Of a DNA stretch of 64,000 nucleotides, positions 47,198 through 58,246 are shown one piece after another; position 1 is the stretch's first letter; every line of letters begins with the position of its first letter. The notes beneath the pieces were generated by a model. The model had not been told where the DNA came from and made no database searches. It worked only from the letters and a program-made list of their open reading frames with translations. The stretch covers positions 186,001 through 250,000 of the forward strand of contig OZ025650.1 in the NCBI GenBank assembly GCA_964019335.1. Direction: 5' to 3'. Source of the stretch: Diplonema japonicum (lineage: Eukaryota > Protista > Euglenozoa: Diplonemea). A program made the translations under genes and the position numbers.

Positions 47198-47979
47198 TTC
47201 TTTTTTTAAATTTTATGGATTTCTCTTTTATAATGTGTTCCCTGCTAATAAGAAGATTGTGAGGTGACTGCGCAGCAAAAAAAAAAAAAAAATGAGAAGG
47301 AAAAAAAAGGAGAAAAAAAGGGGGAGAAAAAACTAAAAGTGCTCTTTTCTTCTTTCTATTCATCCCCCCCCCCCCCCCCCCCCCTTTCCCCCCCCTTTTT
47401 TTTATTCTAAGCTTTTAAACAACCCTGGAATCCCTCCAAAATCCCTCCATGAATATTGTTTAAACATAAATTCTTTCCGCCCCTCCCCTTCGAGTATCAC
47501 AGAAGAAAAAAAAAAAACGAGGTGGTTTTATTATTCGTTGTCAAGGGGGAGGGGGGGAGGGGGTAAAGTATCGGAAGTCCACAACACGCATAGGGGGTTC
47601 GTAAAAAAAATCTTTTTTTGCAGAAAAGCAGAATTTCTTGGACCCTTTTTTTTTATTCATTTGCTAGAACCGTAGCTCGATACTGGACTGGATCAAGGGA
47701 CGCACTGCAACCGACACGCAGAATTCGGGAAGAAAAAAAAAAAAAAACAGCAGCCATCATACAACTTATGCAATGCTATAGGCTCCAGGTGTCGTGCACA
47801 CCTCTTTCTCTCTGTTTTCTCAATTTTTCTTCTTCGTCTTTGGGTGCGTGCATCAGTTCAAGGATTTTGTAGGACAAAAAAAGAATGGGGGGGAAGAAGA
47901 ATCTTTAAAAAATAAAGAGCTAACGTTCGTCTACACTACAAACACACCCTTTTTTGACGCATCTCCAGTAGGAAATTTA

Positions 47980-50037
47980 CTACGCCCTTTTCGCCTTGCT
48001 CTTCTCCATGATCATCTTTGCCCAGAACCCACCCATTACGGGGCGTGCCTTGAACCCATGGGCTTTGTTGCTGATTGTCTCTGTCCAGTCACTGAAGGGG
48101 ACACGGGTGGTCGTCTCGTCGGTCCACTTGTAGATGGTGTCCGACATTGTAATGAACTGCTCTTGCGGGGCCATTGCTGCAATCCACATGGACCAGTCGA
48201 GCTTCGTGAAGCTGGCTCTGTCGTCCAGTGGAATCCCGTAAGTGTTCATCTTCGTCATGTAGTGCGCCAACTCCTTCTGAAGAAGGTCTGCAGGCATCAG
48301 CCCCGTGTTGAAGACACCGTCCCACAGCAGGTTGTACTTCTGGCTCCAAGTCGACGTCAGGTTGTACTGCAGCTTCGTGTGGACCCCATTCGACACGTCC
48401 GTGTCCGTCCCGTTCTTCACCCACACCTGCATGTACTGCTTCGCCAAAGCCATCACCTGCTGCGCCTTGCTAGTGTTGCCACGCATCGTCAGCAGCTGGC
48501 TGTACGCCCCCATCGCCACGATTCCTTTCGCAGCGAGGTTCACGTTGTGCGGGCTGGGACCCTCGAAGTCGTCCGTGCACAGCTGGTTACCAGGGTCGGG
48601 GAGGGCCGTGGGGAGGTACGCACCCCACCCATCGATGATGTTCCACCAGGGAGCAAGCCAGTCCACATCCCTCTGATCCTGTGAGATGTAGTTCGTGAGG
48701 ATCAACAAGTTCCCAGTCTCCTCCACAGGCATCTGCTCCTGCTTGTTGGCAGGCAAGTCGCAGACAGGCCAGTGTCCCAAGTGGTGGGGTGCCCAGGCAA
48801 GGTTGTAAGGAACGTTCTTCCCGTAGATAGCAGTCCCGTTGTTGGCGTAGGTGAAGATGGGGATCAAGATCTTCTTGAAGAGCTCGCTGTTGTAGTAGAA
48901 GATCATCGGGGAAGCGGGGAAGATCACATCCACTGTCGACACATCACCGTCGGAGGAGATCTCCTTCATGAAGACCCATGACTCGTTCTTCACAGGGTTC
49001 CACGTTGTTATCATGGAGCCAGTGACCTGGCGGTAGATGAGGGACCCCATCTCGGCGTACTTCGCTGACCCCTTCTTGGTGAGGTCGGCGGTAAGCTGTG
49101 CGTCGAAGGTGTCGCACCTCTTGTTGATGTCGGCATAGTTGGAGACAGCGTAATCGAGGGCGGTCTGGAAGTTCCCATGGATGTGCTTCCAGTAGGCCGG
49201 GAGGTTCGTCCCGAAGTACTTCATGTAGGTGTCACCCTGGTCGTAGCCAAGAACGACATGCCTGGTTGAAGGGCTGTTGGGGATGGAGGAGAAAGAGTGG
49301 ACGATGGCGTTCACTGGCCACCCGTCGTCACACTTACGAGGGGTGGGCTTGTGGTCAGGGGGGAGCGGCTGCCCCGTGGAGAATGAGGTTCTTGCCTGAG
49401 CAGCATCCGTTCCAATGGTAGTCTGGACGCCAGTGATAGTTCTGTCGTACCCGATGTTGAAATACCCCCAGTTGATGTCATCACCGCCAGAGGTGTCGAA
49501 GGTCTGGGCAGTGTTACCAATTGAAAGGTACTCGTTGTGGGCCGACGCCTGGCGGGACCAGATCACGTTGTTGTCTCTGTTGGCGACGGTAGACTCGCCG
49601 GTCACATCGAAGTAGATGGCCACGGAGTGTGTGGTTCCGTCAAGAGACTCGACAGTGTAGTCCATGTAAGTGGTGGGGAGCGTGATCATCGTGTAGTCGG
49701 GCTCGGGCTCCAGCGCCGACGGCGTCCTAAAGCTCACTGTTAACTTTACCTTTGTCCCGACGGTGAACTGGTAGGTCGTCTTAGTCGCTGTCACGTTCAG
49801 TGCTGTCTGCTGAACAGTTTGGCCACACTGAGTGGCCCCCAGCCACCCCATGCACGCATCGCTGTCTACTTTGATCATTCCATTCCATCCGATGATCCAC
49901 CCGTTCCATCTCTCAGGGAAAGAAGTGTACAAATTGTCAAATGGGGACCAGTAGCTCGTGTACGGGTCCTGCACCATGAGCGGCACCGCAGGGGGCCTCA
50001 ATGCAAGTGTTACCGCTGCCGCGATCACCGCCAACAT
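47980..50037 (-). CDS. Secreted glutaminase-A (GtaA)-like protein (DUF5127/DUF4965/DUF1793 architecture)
   Basis: Signal peptide; RPPAVPL..DPYTSYW, FMKEISSDG..TVDVIFP, APHHLG, MPVEETGN, QLCTDDFEG, WSQKYNL, YGIPLDDR..TKLDW, FKARPVMGG. Confidence 0.88.
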   Translation of the reverse strand: MLAVIAAAVTLALRPPAVPLMVQDPYTSYWSPFDNLYTSFPERWNGWIIGWNGMIKVDSDACMGWLGATQCGQTVQQTALNVTATKTTYQFTVGTKVKLTVSFRTPSALEPEPDYTMITLPTTYMDYTVESLDGTTHSVAIYFDVTGESTVANRDNNVIWSRQASAHNEYLSIGNTAQTFDTSGGDDINWGYFNIGYDRTITGVQTTIGTDAAQARTSFSTGQPLPPDHKPTPRKCDDGWPVNAIVHSFSSIPNSPSTRHVVLGYDQGDTYMKYFGTNLPAYWKHIHGNFQTALDYAVSNYADINKRCDTFDAQLTADLTKKGSAKYAEMGSLIYRQVTGSMITTWNPVKNESWVFMKEISSDGDVSTVDVIFPASPMIFYYNSELFKKILIPIFTYANNGTAIYGKNVPYNLAWAPHHLGHWPVCDLPANKQEQMPVEETGNLLILTNYISQDQRDVDWLAPWWNIIDGWGAYLPTALPDPGNQLCTDDFEGPSPHNVNLAAKGIVAMGAYSQLLTMRGNTSKAQQVMALAKQYMQVWVKNGTDTDVSNGVHTKLQYNLTSTWSQKYNLLWDGVFNTGLMPADLLQKELAHYMTKMNTYGIPLDDRASFTKLDWSMWIAAMAPQEQFITMSDTIYKWTDETTTRVPFSDWTETISNKAHGFKARPVMGGFWAKMIMEKSKAKRA

Positions 50038-50148
50038 TATCGCTGTTGAATATCTCTGTGTGACCTTTAAAGACGAGCAGAAAAATAACTTTATAGCAGT
50101 CTGTTACTACTGGTTAGAAAGGAGAAACGTTACAACTTTTGCCGCTAA

Positions 50149-52724
50149 CTACGTCTTCCGCTTCTTCGAAGGGTTCCCGAAGAAGAGGGCACGGGCTTCG
50201 TCAAGACCGGACTTCTCGGTAGTGAAACGGTTAAGTTCAGAGAGGTCGGACTTAGCTTTGGTGGACTGGCATCTGGGCGTTGTGGCTGCGGTGGACTGTT
50301 TCTTGATGGTCTCGGCTTCTTCGTCGAAGGTCCCAAACGGCTCGAAGGGTGGTGTGGCAGGCTCCGGGGTAGGAGCACGCGGCTGCTGGATCTCCCGTTC
50401 CTCTTCGCCGTCCTCCTGCTCCTTTGCCTCTTCCTCGTCCATGTCGTCCCACTCATGCACCCACTTCCCCCCATCAATTCTCCATGAAGAATTTCTTTGA
50501 AATTTCGCATAGAAGGAAGCTTCCTCATCCTGCGTCACTGCCTTTTCCATTCCCTCTGCCTTCCTCTTCTTTGCGGGACCCTTCACAGCCTTCTTAGCAG
50601 CCTTTTTCACAGGCGAGTCTGGAACAGGCACAGCATTCTTGTACTCATCAGTCTCTTTGTACTCCTTCATAGCTTCTTCGTACCTCGCCCTACGTGTTGT
50701 TTTAGATTTAAAAAAACTCAAACACACCTGTCCTCCTTCGCCATCGTTGCAAAGCGCTCCTTTTCGTCTTGCGAAGTCTCCCGCCACATCTCTCCTAAAA
50801 CCTTGGACATTACCGCTGCAGACACTCCGGGGTTCTCCTTCATCACTCTCTGCCGGGCCTCTTTCAGGAAGTAGAAGTATGCAGTAAGAGGTCGCTTAGG
50901 CGCATTGGGATAAAGCTTTTTCTTTGCGCCTTTGCCGCGGAGAGGTGTAGTGCGGGCGGTCTTGCGGCCTGCCTCTGGAGAACTGATGCGCATGAATGTC
51001 GGCAGTGTCCTCTTGTCTTCTGCCCCGACCTTCTTAGGCGTGACCCCTGGGATTAAGCCCTTGATTAAGGGCTCCGGCGGAGGAGGCAGTTCAGGGAGTT
51101 TTGTCACACGGTCATCCATCCTAGCCATATGGTCTAAAATGCTCGTCTGCATGTTAATGGGCTCAGAGGGAGGTGGCCCTTCGACTTCATCTTCTTCTTC
51201 AGGTGCCTCTGCCTCATCTTCAATGGGAAGGCCGTGGACTGCCAGGTACATGGCGCATGCAGCTGCGTGGCGACACTTACTAATACCATCGTTCATCTCT
51301 TTCTCGCATTCACAGTTCACACCTTCGATCGTAAGCTGCGCTGTGGTACTGGTGATCTTGAACGACACACTGTACTGCCTGCTGAGGTCAGCCGATGTAC
51401 AGCATAGGCACGCCTCCACACCGTCCCACGAGACCATGTCCACCATGTTCTTTTTGAAGAACTTCGTGCCACGTTGGGTCTGTGTGGTTCCAAAGTAGTC
51501 AACAACATAGTCCTCAAGCAGTGCAATGGCACGGCCTGTCTGAGGTGGTGGGAGAGAGCAACAGAAGGCTGATGCGGACTGGTGTGTCATGATTGCCTCA
51601 TGGTACGTGATCGTGGAGGCACTACGCGGTGTGATGACGAAGCTCTCACCCCCTTCGGCTTCCTGAAGGAACGGGTACCTGTTGGAGGGCTCGGTTGTAG
51701 GTTGCGAAATGAAATTTATCCTGGACTTTGTTTTCTCGCTTATCTTGCGCACCACCTCACTGATGTCGGCACCGGATCCAACAGACGAGAGCAGCGCGTT
51801 GGCATCAATATAACGCATGCCAATAGAGCGTGCCAGGTGCCGGAGGCGCTCAGCACCGCTGCCCAACAAGCTAGTGGAGCTCACAATATGGAGGTATTCG
51901 GTGTTGAGGAAATGCCTGCGTTGGAGGTATGCAATGTCGGAAGGCGACAAGCTGCACGGGGCGTACCCGTTTTGCAGGGCAGACTGGATGCAGTCAGGTG
52001 TGGAGGGGGGAGGGTGCTCAACTGACATGGACGCGTAAATGTAGATCGGATAAGGCGCCTTGAGAGCGGCGAGTCCATTGCGGAGGGCAGCAATGATGGA
52101 AGGGAGGGAGGCGTCCGTGCAGCTGCCTTTTTGGAGGAGGTTGATGGAGTTAAGGGTGACGATGACAACTTTAGCAGATGAGGGTATGGTGTACCAGGCG
52201 TGGAGGAGGGTTGAGATCCCAGGCCGGAGGGTGTCTCCTGAGAGTAGTACAGAGGCATCAAGTATAAGCCCTATAGTGTTTAGGGCACAGGGGGACTGGA
52301 GCTTGATCACTTCGCGCTGGATAATATCAAAGCCCTCGGTGACAGAAGGGTTGGCATAGTCGAGGTCTGGGTTGTCACGCGGGGCAAGTTGCCCCGTTGT
52401 TGCTCTAAGCCATTCCCTCTCCCACATCCTCCTCATCTCTCCTCCTACGGGCTCCACAAGAATTCCTTTCACCACCTTTGCCCCTGCCTTCCTCCCTGCC
52501 TCGATCAAGCTCTTCCTTGCTCCCATCCCAACACACACCTCATCGTCAACCACCACACACTTCTTTCCCCCCTCGCATCCCGCTTTGATCTTCTTGCACC
52601 CCCAATGCAGACTCCTCCCTTCTAATCGAACTAAGATTGAATCTGCAGACTTCTTTCTGTCCGTGTACGTGTCGCGGCCGCTGTACCGCTCACCGATCAT
52701 GAGGACCAGCTCCTTCTGCTCCAT
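50149..52724 (-). CDS. Multidomain protein: degenerate P-loop kinase and HAD-like region, SWIM zinc finger, HMG box; intron 50690-50727
   Basis: LVLMIGERYSGRDTY; GLILDASVL..LRPGI..KVVIVT; CEC..CRHAAA (SWIM); PNAPKRPLTAYFYF..LGEMW..EDR|ARY (HMG). Confidence 0.75.
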
Positions 52725-52883
52725 CTTTTTTTTTTTTTTTGTTCAAAGAAGGAAAACGTCCTTTCTATTATTTATGACATCTCATGTCTCATCTCAAGAA
52801 ATAACATTTGTTGCTGCTGGGATAAAAAAGAAACAGAAAAAGAGGAAGGAGGGGGGGACAAAGAAAGACTTTTCCCCCCGGGT

Positions 52884-54212
52884 TTACGCAGGCCCCTTAG
52901 TAACCTGCTCCAGCTTCTCGTGCATCGCAGGGGAGACAACGAGATATTTTTCACTGGAGTGCAGAACGTCGAAGTCGACGGACTTTGAGGTAGAGATGGC
53001 GATGGAGTGGAGCTTTGCAAGCTGCGGAGGAGGGTGGGTGAGCAAGACGCCTTCAGCAAAGGTGACTCGTTTCATTTCGGACTCCCAAGAGAAGATCTGG
53101 TCGACAACCGTGGTGGGGAGGTGGTTTTGCATTTCAGGGTGAGAGTTTGCCTCCAGGTACTGCACGATCTGATAAGCGGAGATGTTTTTACTAAAGGCGC
53201 TTTGGAGACTCTCCCTGGTAAGCCTCCCTGTGGTCATCCCTGTCATCCGAAGCTCGATTTCCGCAAAGAGACTCATCATCTCGATTTTAAAAGGGTCGGA
53301 GGTGTATGTGTAAATCCTATTGTTCGATTCTACAATTATATCGCCGTCCTGGGGCCCTGTTTTCTCCCTGGTGTCAGTGCCCTCGGGCAAGCTCATTTGC
53401 TTACCCAAAGGTGTTACTTGGTACTTGTGATTTGTTTCGCTGTAGTACAGAACCCCCAACCAGGCGAGAATCTGTGCTGTCTTCCTTGTCCTCTCATCGC
53501 ATGGATACCACACAGACGAAGCGTGAAACGGGAGTGAGAACAACATCGCGATCAGCTGCGACTTCACTTTTACAGAAACATTCTTTTGGGTTGTGTTCTT
53601 AATGGCTTCAAGCGCTTTTTTCACATAGACACGAATCAATGCCCAGACCTGCATATGTGTGGGGGACATTAAAAGCTGGAACCCTTTCATGGAAAGCTCC
53701 CCGTCTTTAAGATATCCAGCTTCGTGTAGAAGCTGTGCAGGAAGTTTGGATAGCGGACGGAGTGATTCATCTTCAGGGGTGCGAGTGGGAAGGAGGAGTT
53801 TTAGTATTCTCGACCAATGGCTTACCCCGTCTATGGACCCGATGAAATCGCCATTTGCGATGCCGAGCCGGGGTTTTTTTTTGGGCGGCTCGAACTGGCC
53901 TTCGGATTCAACGCCCTTTCGAAGGCCTTCTTTGAACTTTGGGTTTATACACCAGCCTTTGGTTTTCTCCAGGAAGAGTCCGAGTTTTATAGGAATTTTC
54001 ACCTCTGGTTCGTTCGCCTTGAAAATTCGCTTTGCCGTCTCGGTGAACAACGCCTCATCCTCGTGGCACAGCATCTGCATCACTATGGCTTGCGCCGCTT
54101 CAGTAAGCCGCTTGTACAGCCCCATCGCCACGTACGCATCGTTAAGAATGTTCTGCACAACAGCCGGCTCCTCTTCACACACCCATTCGAAAAAATTCTC
54201 GGATCTTTTCAT
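52884..54212 (-). CDS. GTF2H4: TFIIH subunit p52/Tfb2
   Basis: SMKGFQLLM..QVW, IIVESNNRIYTYT, LTRESLQSAF..ISAYQIVQYL..HP, LPTTVVDQIFSWESE..RV. Confidence 0.92.
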   Translation of the reverse strand: MKRSENFFEWVCEEEPAVVQNILNDAYVAMGLYKRLTEAAQAIVMQMLCHEDEALFTETAKRIFKANEPEVKIPIKLGLFLEKTKGWCINPKFKEGLRKGVESEGQFEPPKKKPRLGIANGDFIGSIDGVSHWSRILKLLLPTRTPEDESLRPLSKLPAQLLHEAGYLKDGELSMKGFQLLMSPTHMQVWALIRVYVKKALEAIKNTTQKNVSVKVKSQLIAMLFSLPFHASSVWYPCDERTRKTAQILAWLGVLYYSETNHKYQVTPLGKQMSLPEGTDTREKTGPQDGDIIVESNNRIYTYTSDPFKIEMMSLFAEIELRMTGMTTGRLTRESLQSAFSKNISAYQIVQYLEANSHPEMQNHLPTTVVDQIFSWESEMKRVTFAEGVLLTHPPPQLAKLHSIAISTSKSVDFDVLHSSEKYLVVSPAMHEKLEQVTKGPA

Positions 54213-54338
54213 TTTTTTTTCCCCCCCCTTCTTGAAAATTATTTTGGAATTCAAATAACCTTCTGTCACTCCGGTGGGCTGAAAGTTCATTTATCCGTTT
54301 CATATCAAATCGTAGGGCGCCGTGAGAAAAAATACTTT

Positions 54339-54630
54339 CTACTTAAAATAACTCGTGTAACCATTTCCCTCTTTAATAGAGCCTGTATACCCGCTGTCGA
54401 GGCAGCTCTTGTTATATCCTTCAATTGTCTGGCCACTCGCGGTTTTCTGTGTGGTTTCATCAGAGGGGAGGGGGGGGGGTAGGAAATATATATACCGTTC
54501 CAACCAGCTTTGCAAACTTCTCGCTCATCTCCTGGGTATTTGCCATTCTGCATGCGGCCCCGTCCCCCACGGACATGTGCCCCCCTGCAATGGGCTGCAC
54601 AACGACGTTTGTTACCTTAATACCGGGCAT
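54339..54630 (-). CDS. Small (~80 aa) two-exon hypothetical protein
   Basis: MPGIKVTNVVVQ..KLVGT|KTASGQTIEGYNKSCLDSGYTGSIKEGNGYTSYFK* via a GTAT..CACAG intron. Confidence 0.55.
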
Positions 54631-54902
54631 TTCAATGTGTAAATAATTCAAAAAGGAAAAGAGGGAACAAAAAAAATATAACCTTTTGAGTTAGTTTTGT
54701 TATGCTGGAGTTAACAAGCAAGGATCAACCGGGGGTGTGCAAGGGATGGGTAAAGGGTGGTGGTAAAAAAAAAGAAAAAAAGTGGAGAGGAAATATACAT
54801 TCTTTTTTTTTTTTTTCTTCTTTCTCTTTTCTTTGAGAAACGCGGGCGAAAGGGCCTTTAAACTTAAAAAAAAAAAAAACAACTTTCCCCCCACCCGCTT
54901 TA

Positions 54903-54945
<43 letters not shown>

Positions 54946-55013
54946 AATAAAAAAAAAACCCCCCAACACTTTTTTTTTTCTTTCTTTCTTTTTTTTTTTT
55001 TTTTTTTTTTGTA

Positions 55014-55958
55014 CTATTCATCTACTTCCTCTCCACCGTTTTGTTCCTCTTCATCGCCGTTGTATGAGATGGTGAGCCCGCCCCGTGCGGACAATTCAAC
55101 CCCTCTCTGTTGCTGGAGGAACATGGTAATGCTGAGCTTTGCGGAGATGAGAAGGGTACAGGCAATGGCGAAAAGACCCGTGGTGTCTATTCTTGATTTA
55201 AGCTGCAGATTTTCGTCGAGTGTGTACTGCGAGGCGATGGAGATAACGGATGAGGACCCTTGGGGCTTAGTATAAGCGGCGCCTAACCGGCATTTTTCAG
55301 AAGCATCGAAAACGGCATTGCAGGTAAATTTTGTCTCTGATTCTGAGTTATTTTGATCACCCCTGAGGTACAAGAAGGCGAGAGACAGGTTTTGAACTGT
55401 TTGGGACATTGCGTAAGCAGATCCAGCAAGCTTGCCAACACCACCGTCGAACAGAAGTTTTACACCAGCACGCATTCCCTGCCATGAGTAGGAAACAGCA
55501 GGGGTTACCATCACTCCTGACGTGGGTTCGCTTTCTTTTGAAGCTTTTAAAGACATGGAAAATCCATTGTCAGATTCTACTGGTTCTTTCTGCCATTCGA
55601 AGGAGTAGGTGTCGTTGTCACCTTCATGCGATAGTTCCGCTGAAAGGTTGAAGCTGTTCCCTTTGAACCCCAATGGGGCTGTGAGGTTACCTGACACTTC
55701 TGTGCTGTTTCCTGCGTTGAGCACCGTCTCCAGCGAGTATTCAGCCTCATACAGTACTCCTTCGTAGCCAAATCCTAGGCTTCCCTCGTTGCTGCCGTCG
55801 TTTAACCGCCGGTGGGATGCGTTAACCACCACATTTCCAGGCTTGCTTCTCCCCGATCCGGTCACTTCGATCACCCCAATGTTTTCCGGATCAAACCCAT
55901 CGAACATCAGCTCATCACCCGCGGCGTAGATATCGTCAAAGTGAGCCACAGAATCCAT
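55014..55958 (-). CDS. Divergent VDAC/porin-3-like beta-barrel protein
   Basis: N-terminal FDDI..AGDEL helix, alternating beta strands, SQYTLD..LKSRIDTTG, C-terminal beta-signal-like RGGLTISY. Confidence 0.65.
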   Translation of the reverse strand: MDSVAHFDDIYAAGDELMFDGFDPENIGVIEVTGSGRSKPGNVVVNASHRRLNDGSNEGSLGFGYEGVLYEAEYSLETVLNAGNSTEVSGNLTAPLGFKGNSFNLSAELSHEGDNDTYSFEWQKEPVESDNGFSMSLKASKESEPTSGVMVTPAVSYSWQGMRAGVKLLFDGGVGKLAGSAYAMSQTVQNLSLAFLYLRGDQNNSESETKFTCNAVFDASEKCRLGAAYTKPQGSSSVISIASQYTLDENLQLKSRIDTTGLFAIACTLLISAKLSITMFLQQQRGVELSARGGLTISYNGDEEEQNGGEEVDE

Positions 55959-56119
55959 TTTTTTTTTTTTTTTTTTTTCCTGATGGGAAAAAAAAAATTT
56001 TTTTTTGGAAGAAAAAAAAAGAGGGGGAAAAAAAAAACCAATGTTTTCTTTTGTGGTTAGGATATAAAAAAAAAAAAATGAGAAATAAATTTTCTTTGAG
56101 GGGAGTTAACTCCCTCTAG

Positions 56120-56150
<31 letters not shown>

Positions 56151-56768
56151 GATTGGAAACTAGTAAAGGGTTTAAAAAAAAAATATTAAAAAAAAAAAAG
56201 GAAAAAGGGGAACTGGCGTTGTGTTTGTACGCGGCTGCTACGTGCCTGATTAAGTTTGCCCACTTTATTTATTTATATATTATTTTATAGCTAGCCCCCC
56301 TTTTTTTTTGGGGAAAAAAAAAACTTAATTCTCAACTGAAAAAGAGAATACACACTTGAGGGCAATTCGTTTCTTATTAGGTCATTACTATTTAATACTC
56401 CACTTCAAATGGAGAGAAAGGCAAATGGTTCCCCCCCTTTTTTTTTGTTTTCCGTATGAAAATATAACCAAAAAGAAAGAAGAAAAAAAATCAAAACAAC
56501 CAACGTACTCAGGTAATGAAAGAAGAATTAAAAACTAAGGATAATTTTTAAAAAAAAATGGGTGGGTTTGGGGTGGGGGGGGGGGACAGGCAAAATAAAA
56601 AAAGAAAGCACTAATAGAATAGTAAGCAGAGCCGTCCTACCCTTTTACAGGGAACACGTCTTCACCCCCTTTTCTACACTTTCTTTCAAGAGGACCGGGA
56701 ACAGGGGGGAGATGAATCAACCGATTGATAAAAAAAAAGGGAGTTTTTTTATTTTTTTTCTTTCTTTT

Positions 56769-56808
<40 letters not shown>

Positions 56809-56847
56809 CACCGCAACCTACATTTCATAAAATATTAAATTTGGACT

Positions 56848-57904
56848 CTATTTGTGAGTGTACAGGAAACCAAACAGGACCTTGATGGGGTCCCAGAAGT
56901 TGCTTGCCCAGCCGTTTTTGACACGGTCGGCTTCGCCCTGTGTTTTTTTTTTTTTTTTTTTTTTTTTTTTCCCAAAAAAAAAAAAAAAATCATACGTGGG
57001 GGATGTTCGTCTGGACGAGGATCATTTCTGTAGCCCCTGCTTCCTCGCTGTTAAGGGTGATATTCACTTCGGAGTACCAGTTGGGGTCCCAGTTGTCAAG
57101 ACGCCACTTCATGGAGAACCCCTTGGGAGCGTCAACAGACAAGAATGTCCCGTTGATCGAGCCCCCAAGATAGCTGAAAGCACCGCCCTCTTTGACCTCA
57201 AGAGTGACATTGGAGCGAGTGTAGGCTGAGGCTTTGGCTTGGTTAGTGAGACAGTCCCAAAGCTCGGTGGGGGGACAGCGCCAGTCAAGGCGGAGGTTGA
57301 GTGTGTCGGTAGATCCCTTCTGCGTCTGGGTCTTGGTTGCTGTTGACACCACTGTCTCTGTCTTGGAGTCGGACACTGTGCTCTGCGTCTTGTTCGCAAC
57401 GTTGTGGACGTCCTTCAGGGTCAGTGCGAACTCTTCCATTCCTTTCCGGACAAATTTTCTACCAGTTGTCCTCACAATGCCCATAACCTTATCGACAAGG
57501 TCACCTGACTCAGCGCATGTGACATCCACTTGCATGTCATCACCTAGTGTGGTGTCGTCCACGTCGGGCACGATCATCTTGCCTGTCACTGTTTGCAGTT
57601 CATCGCCAGTTTTTTCGTCCAAGACTTTCCCCTCCCATCCAATCTCCATTCTCAAATCGAAGCTGCATATCACCTTCTTCTTCCTGTTCATGATGAGGCA
57701 GTCTCCCTCGATGTTGTCGATCTTCGTTGTCTTCACCTCGATGGCCTTGCTCTTCTCGAAGTGGTTCTCCGACAAGATGTCGCTGATCTGCCCCTTGGCC
57801 CACCCCAATATGTCCCTCTCCGTCCAGTGCCAGTTGTTCACATTGGCACCGTCATCCCTATCCTTCACGATCCACCTCGGGTCGCCCTTTCCAACTTCGG
57901 CCAT
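56848..57904 (-). CDS. AHSA1: Activator of Hsp90 ATPase; one intron near the 3' end
   Basis: GKGDPRWIV..NVNNWHWTE, NRKKK, MKWRL..W, spliced GW...FWDPIK. Confidence 0.95.
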
Positions 57905-58118
57905 TTCTTACTTTTTTAATAAAATATGACTGCGAGGAATTTTTCTTTTCTCCCATTTTTTAGGTGAGAAGGGGAATCGAAGCCTTTTAAAAAAAAAAAG
58001 AGAAAAAAAAGGAGTACAACGGACAAGGAAAATGGACGAGTCAAAAAAAAAGAATAAAAAAAAACATTTTGTGTTTCTTACAAAAGGTGTGTGGAGGGAT
58101 AAGCAGAAACATAACTCT

Positions 58119-58165
58119 AAAATAAAAGGCGATGCTTAAGGGCAGATCCCGCTTGAGGACCCCTG
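58119..58165 (-). other. Recurrent structured intergenic motif, copy 2
   Basis: 39/43 nt identical to 4460-4502. Confidence 0.6.
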
Positions 58166-58246
58166 TATGAAAATAAAAAAAGAAAATCTAAAATTCAATA
58201 ATCTAATTGTTACCCTCTCCCATCCTTCCAATTTATATTCTAACAC

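Noticed and set aside
58119-58165. Twister ribozyme resemblance (GGTCCTCAAGC, TAA..GC)
   Set aside because: P2 and P4 pairings cannot be formed; kept only as an unclassified motif.
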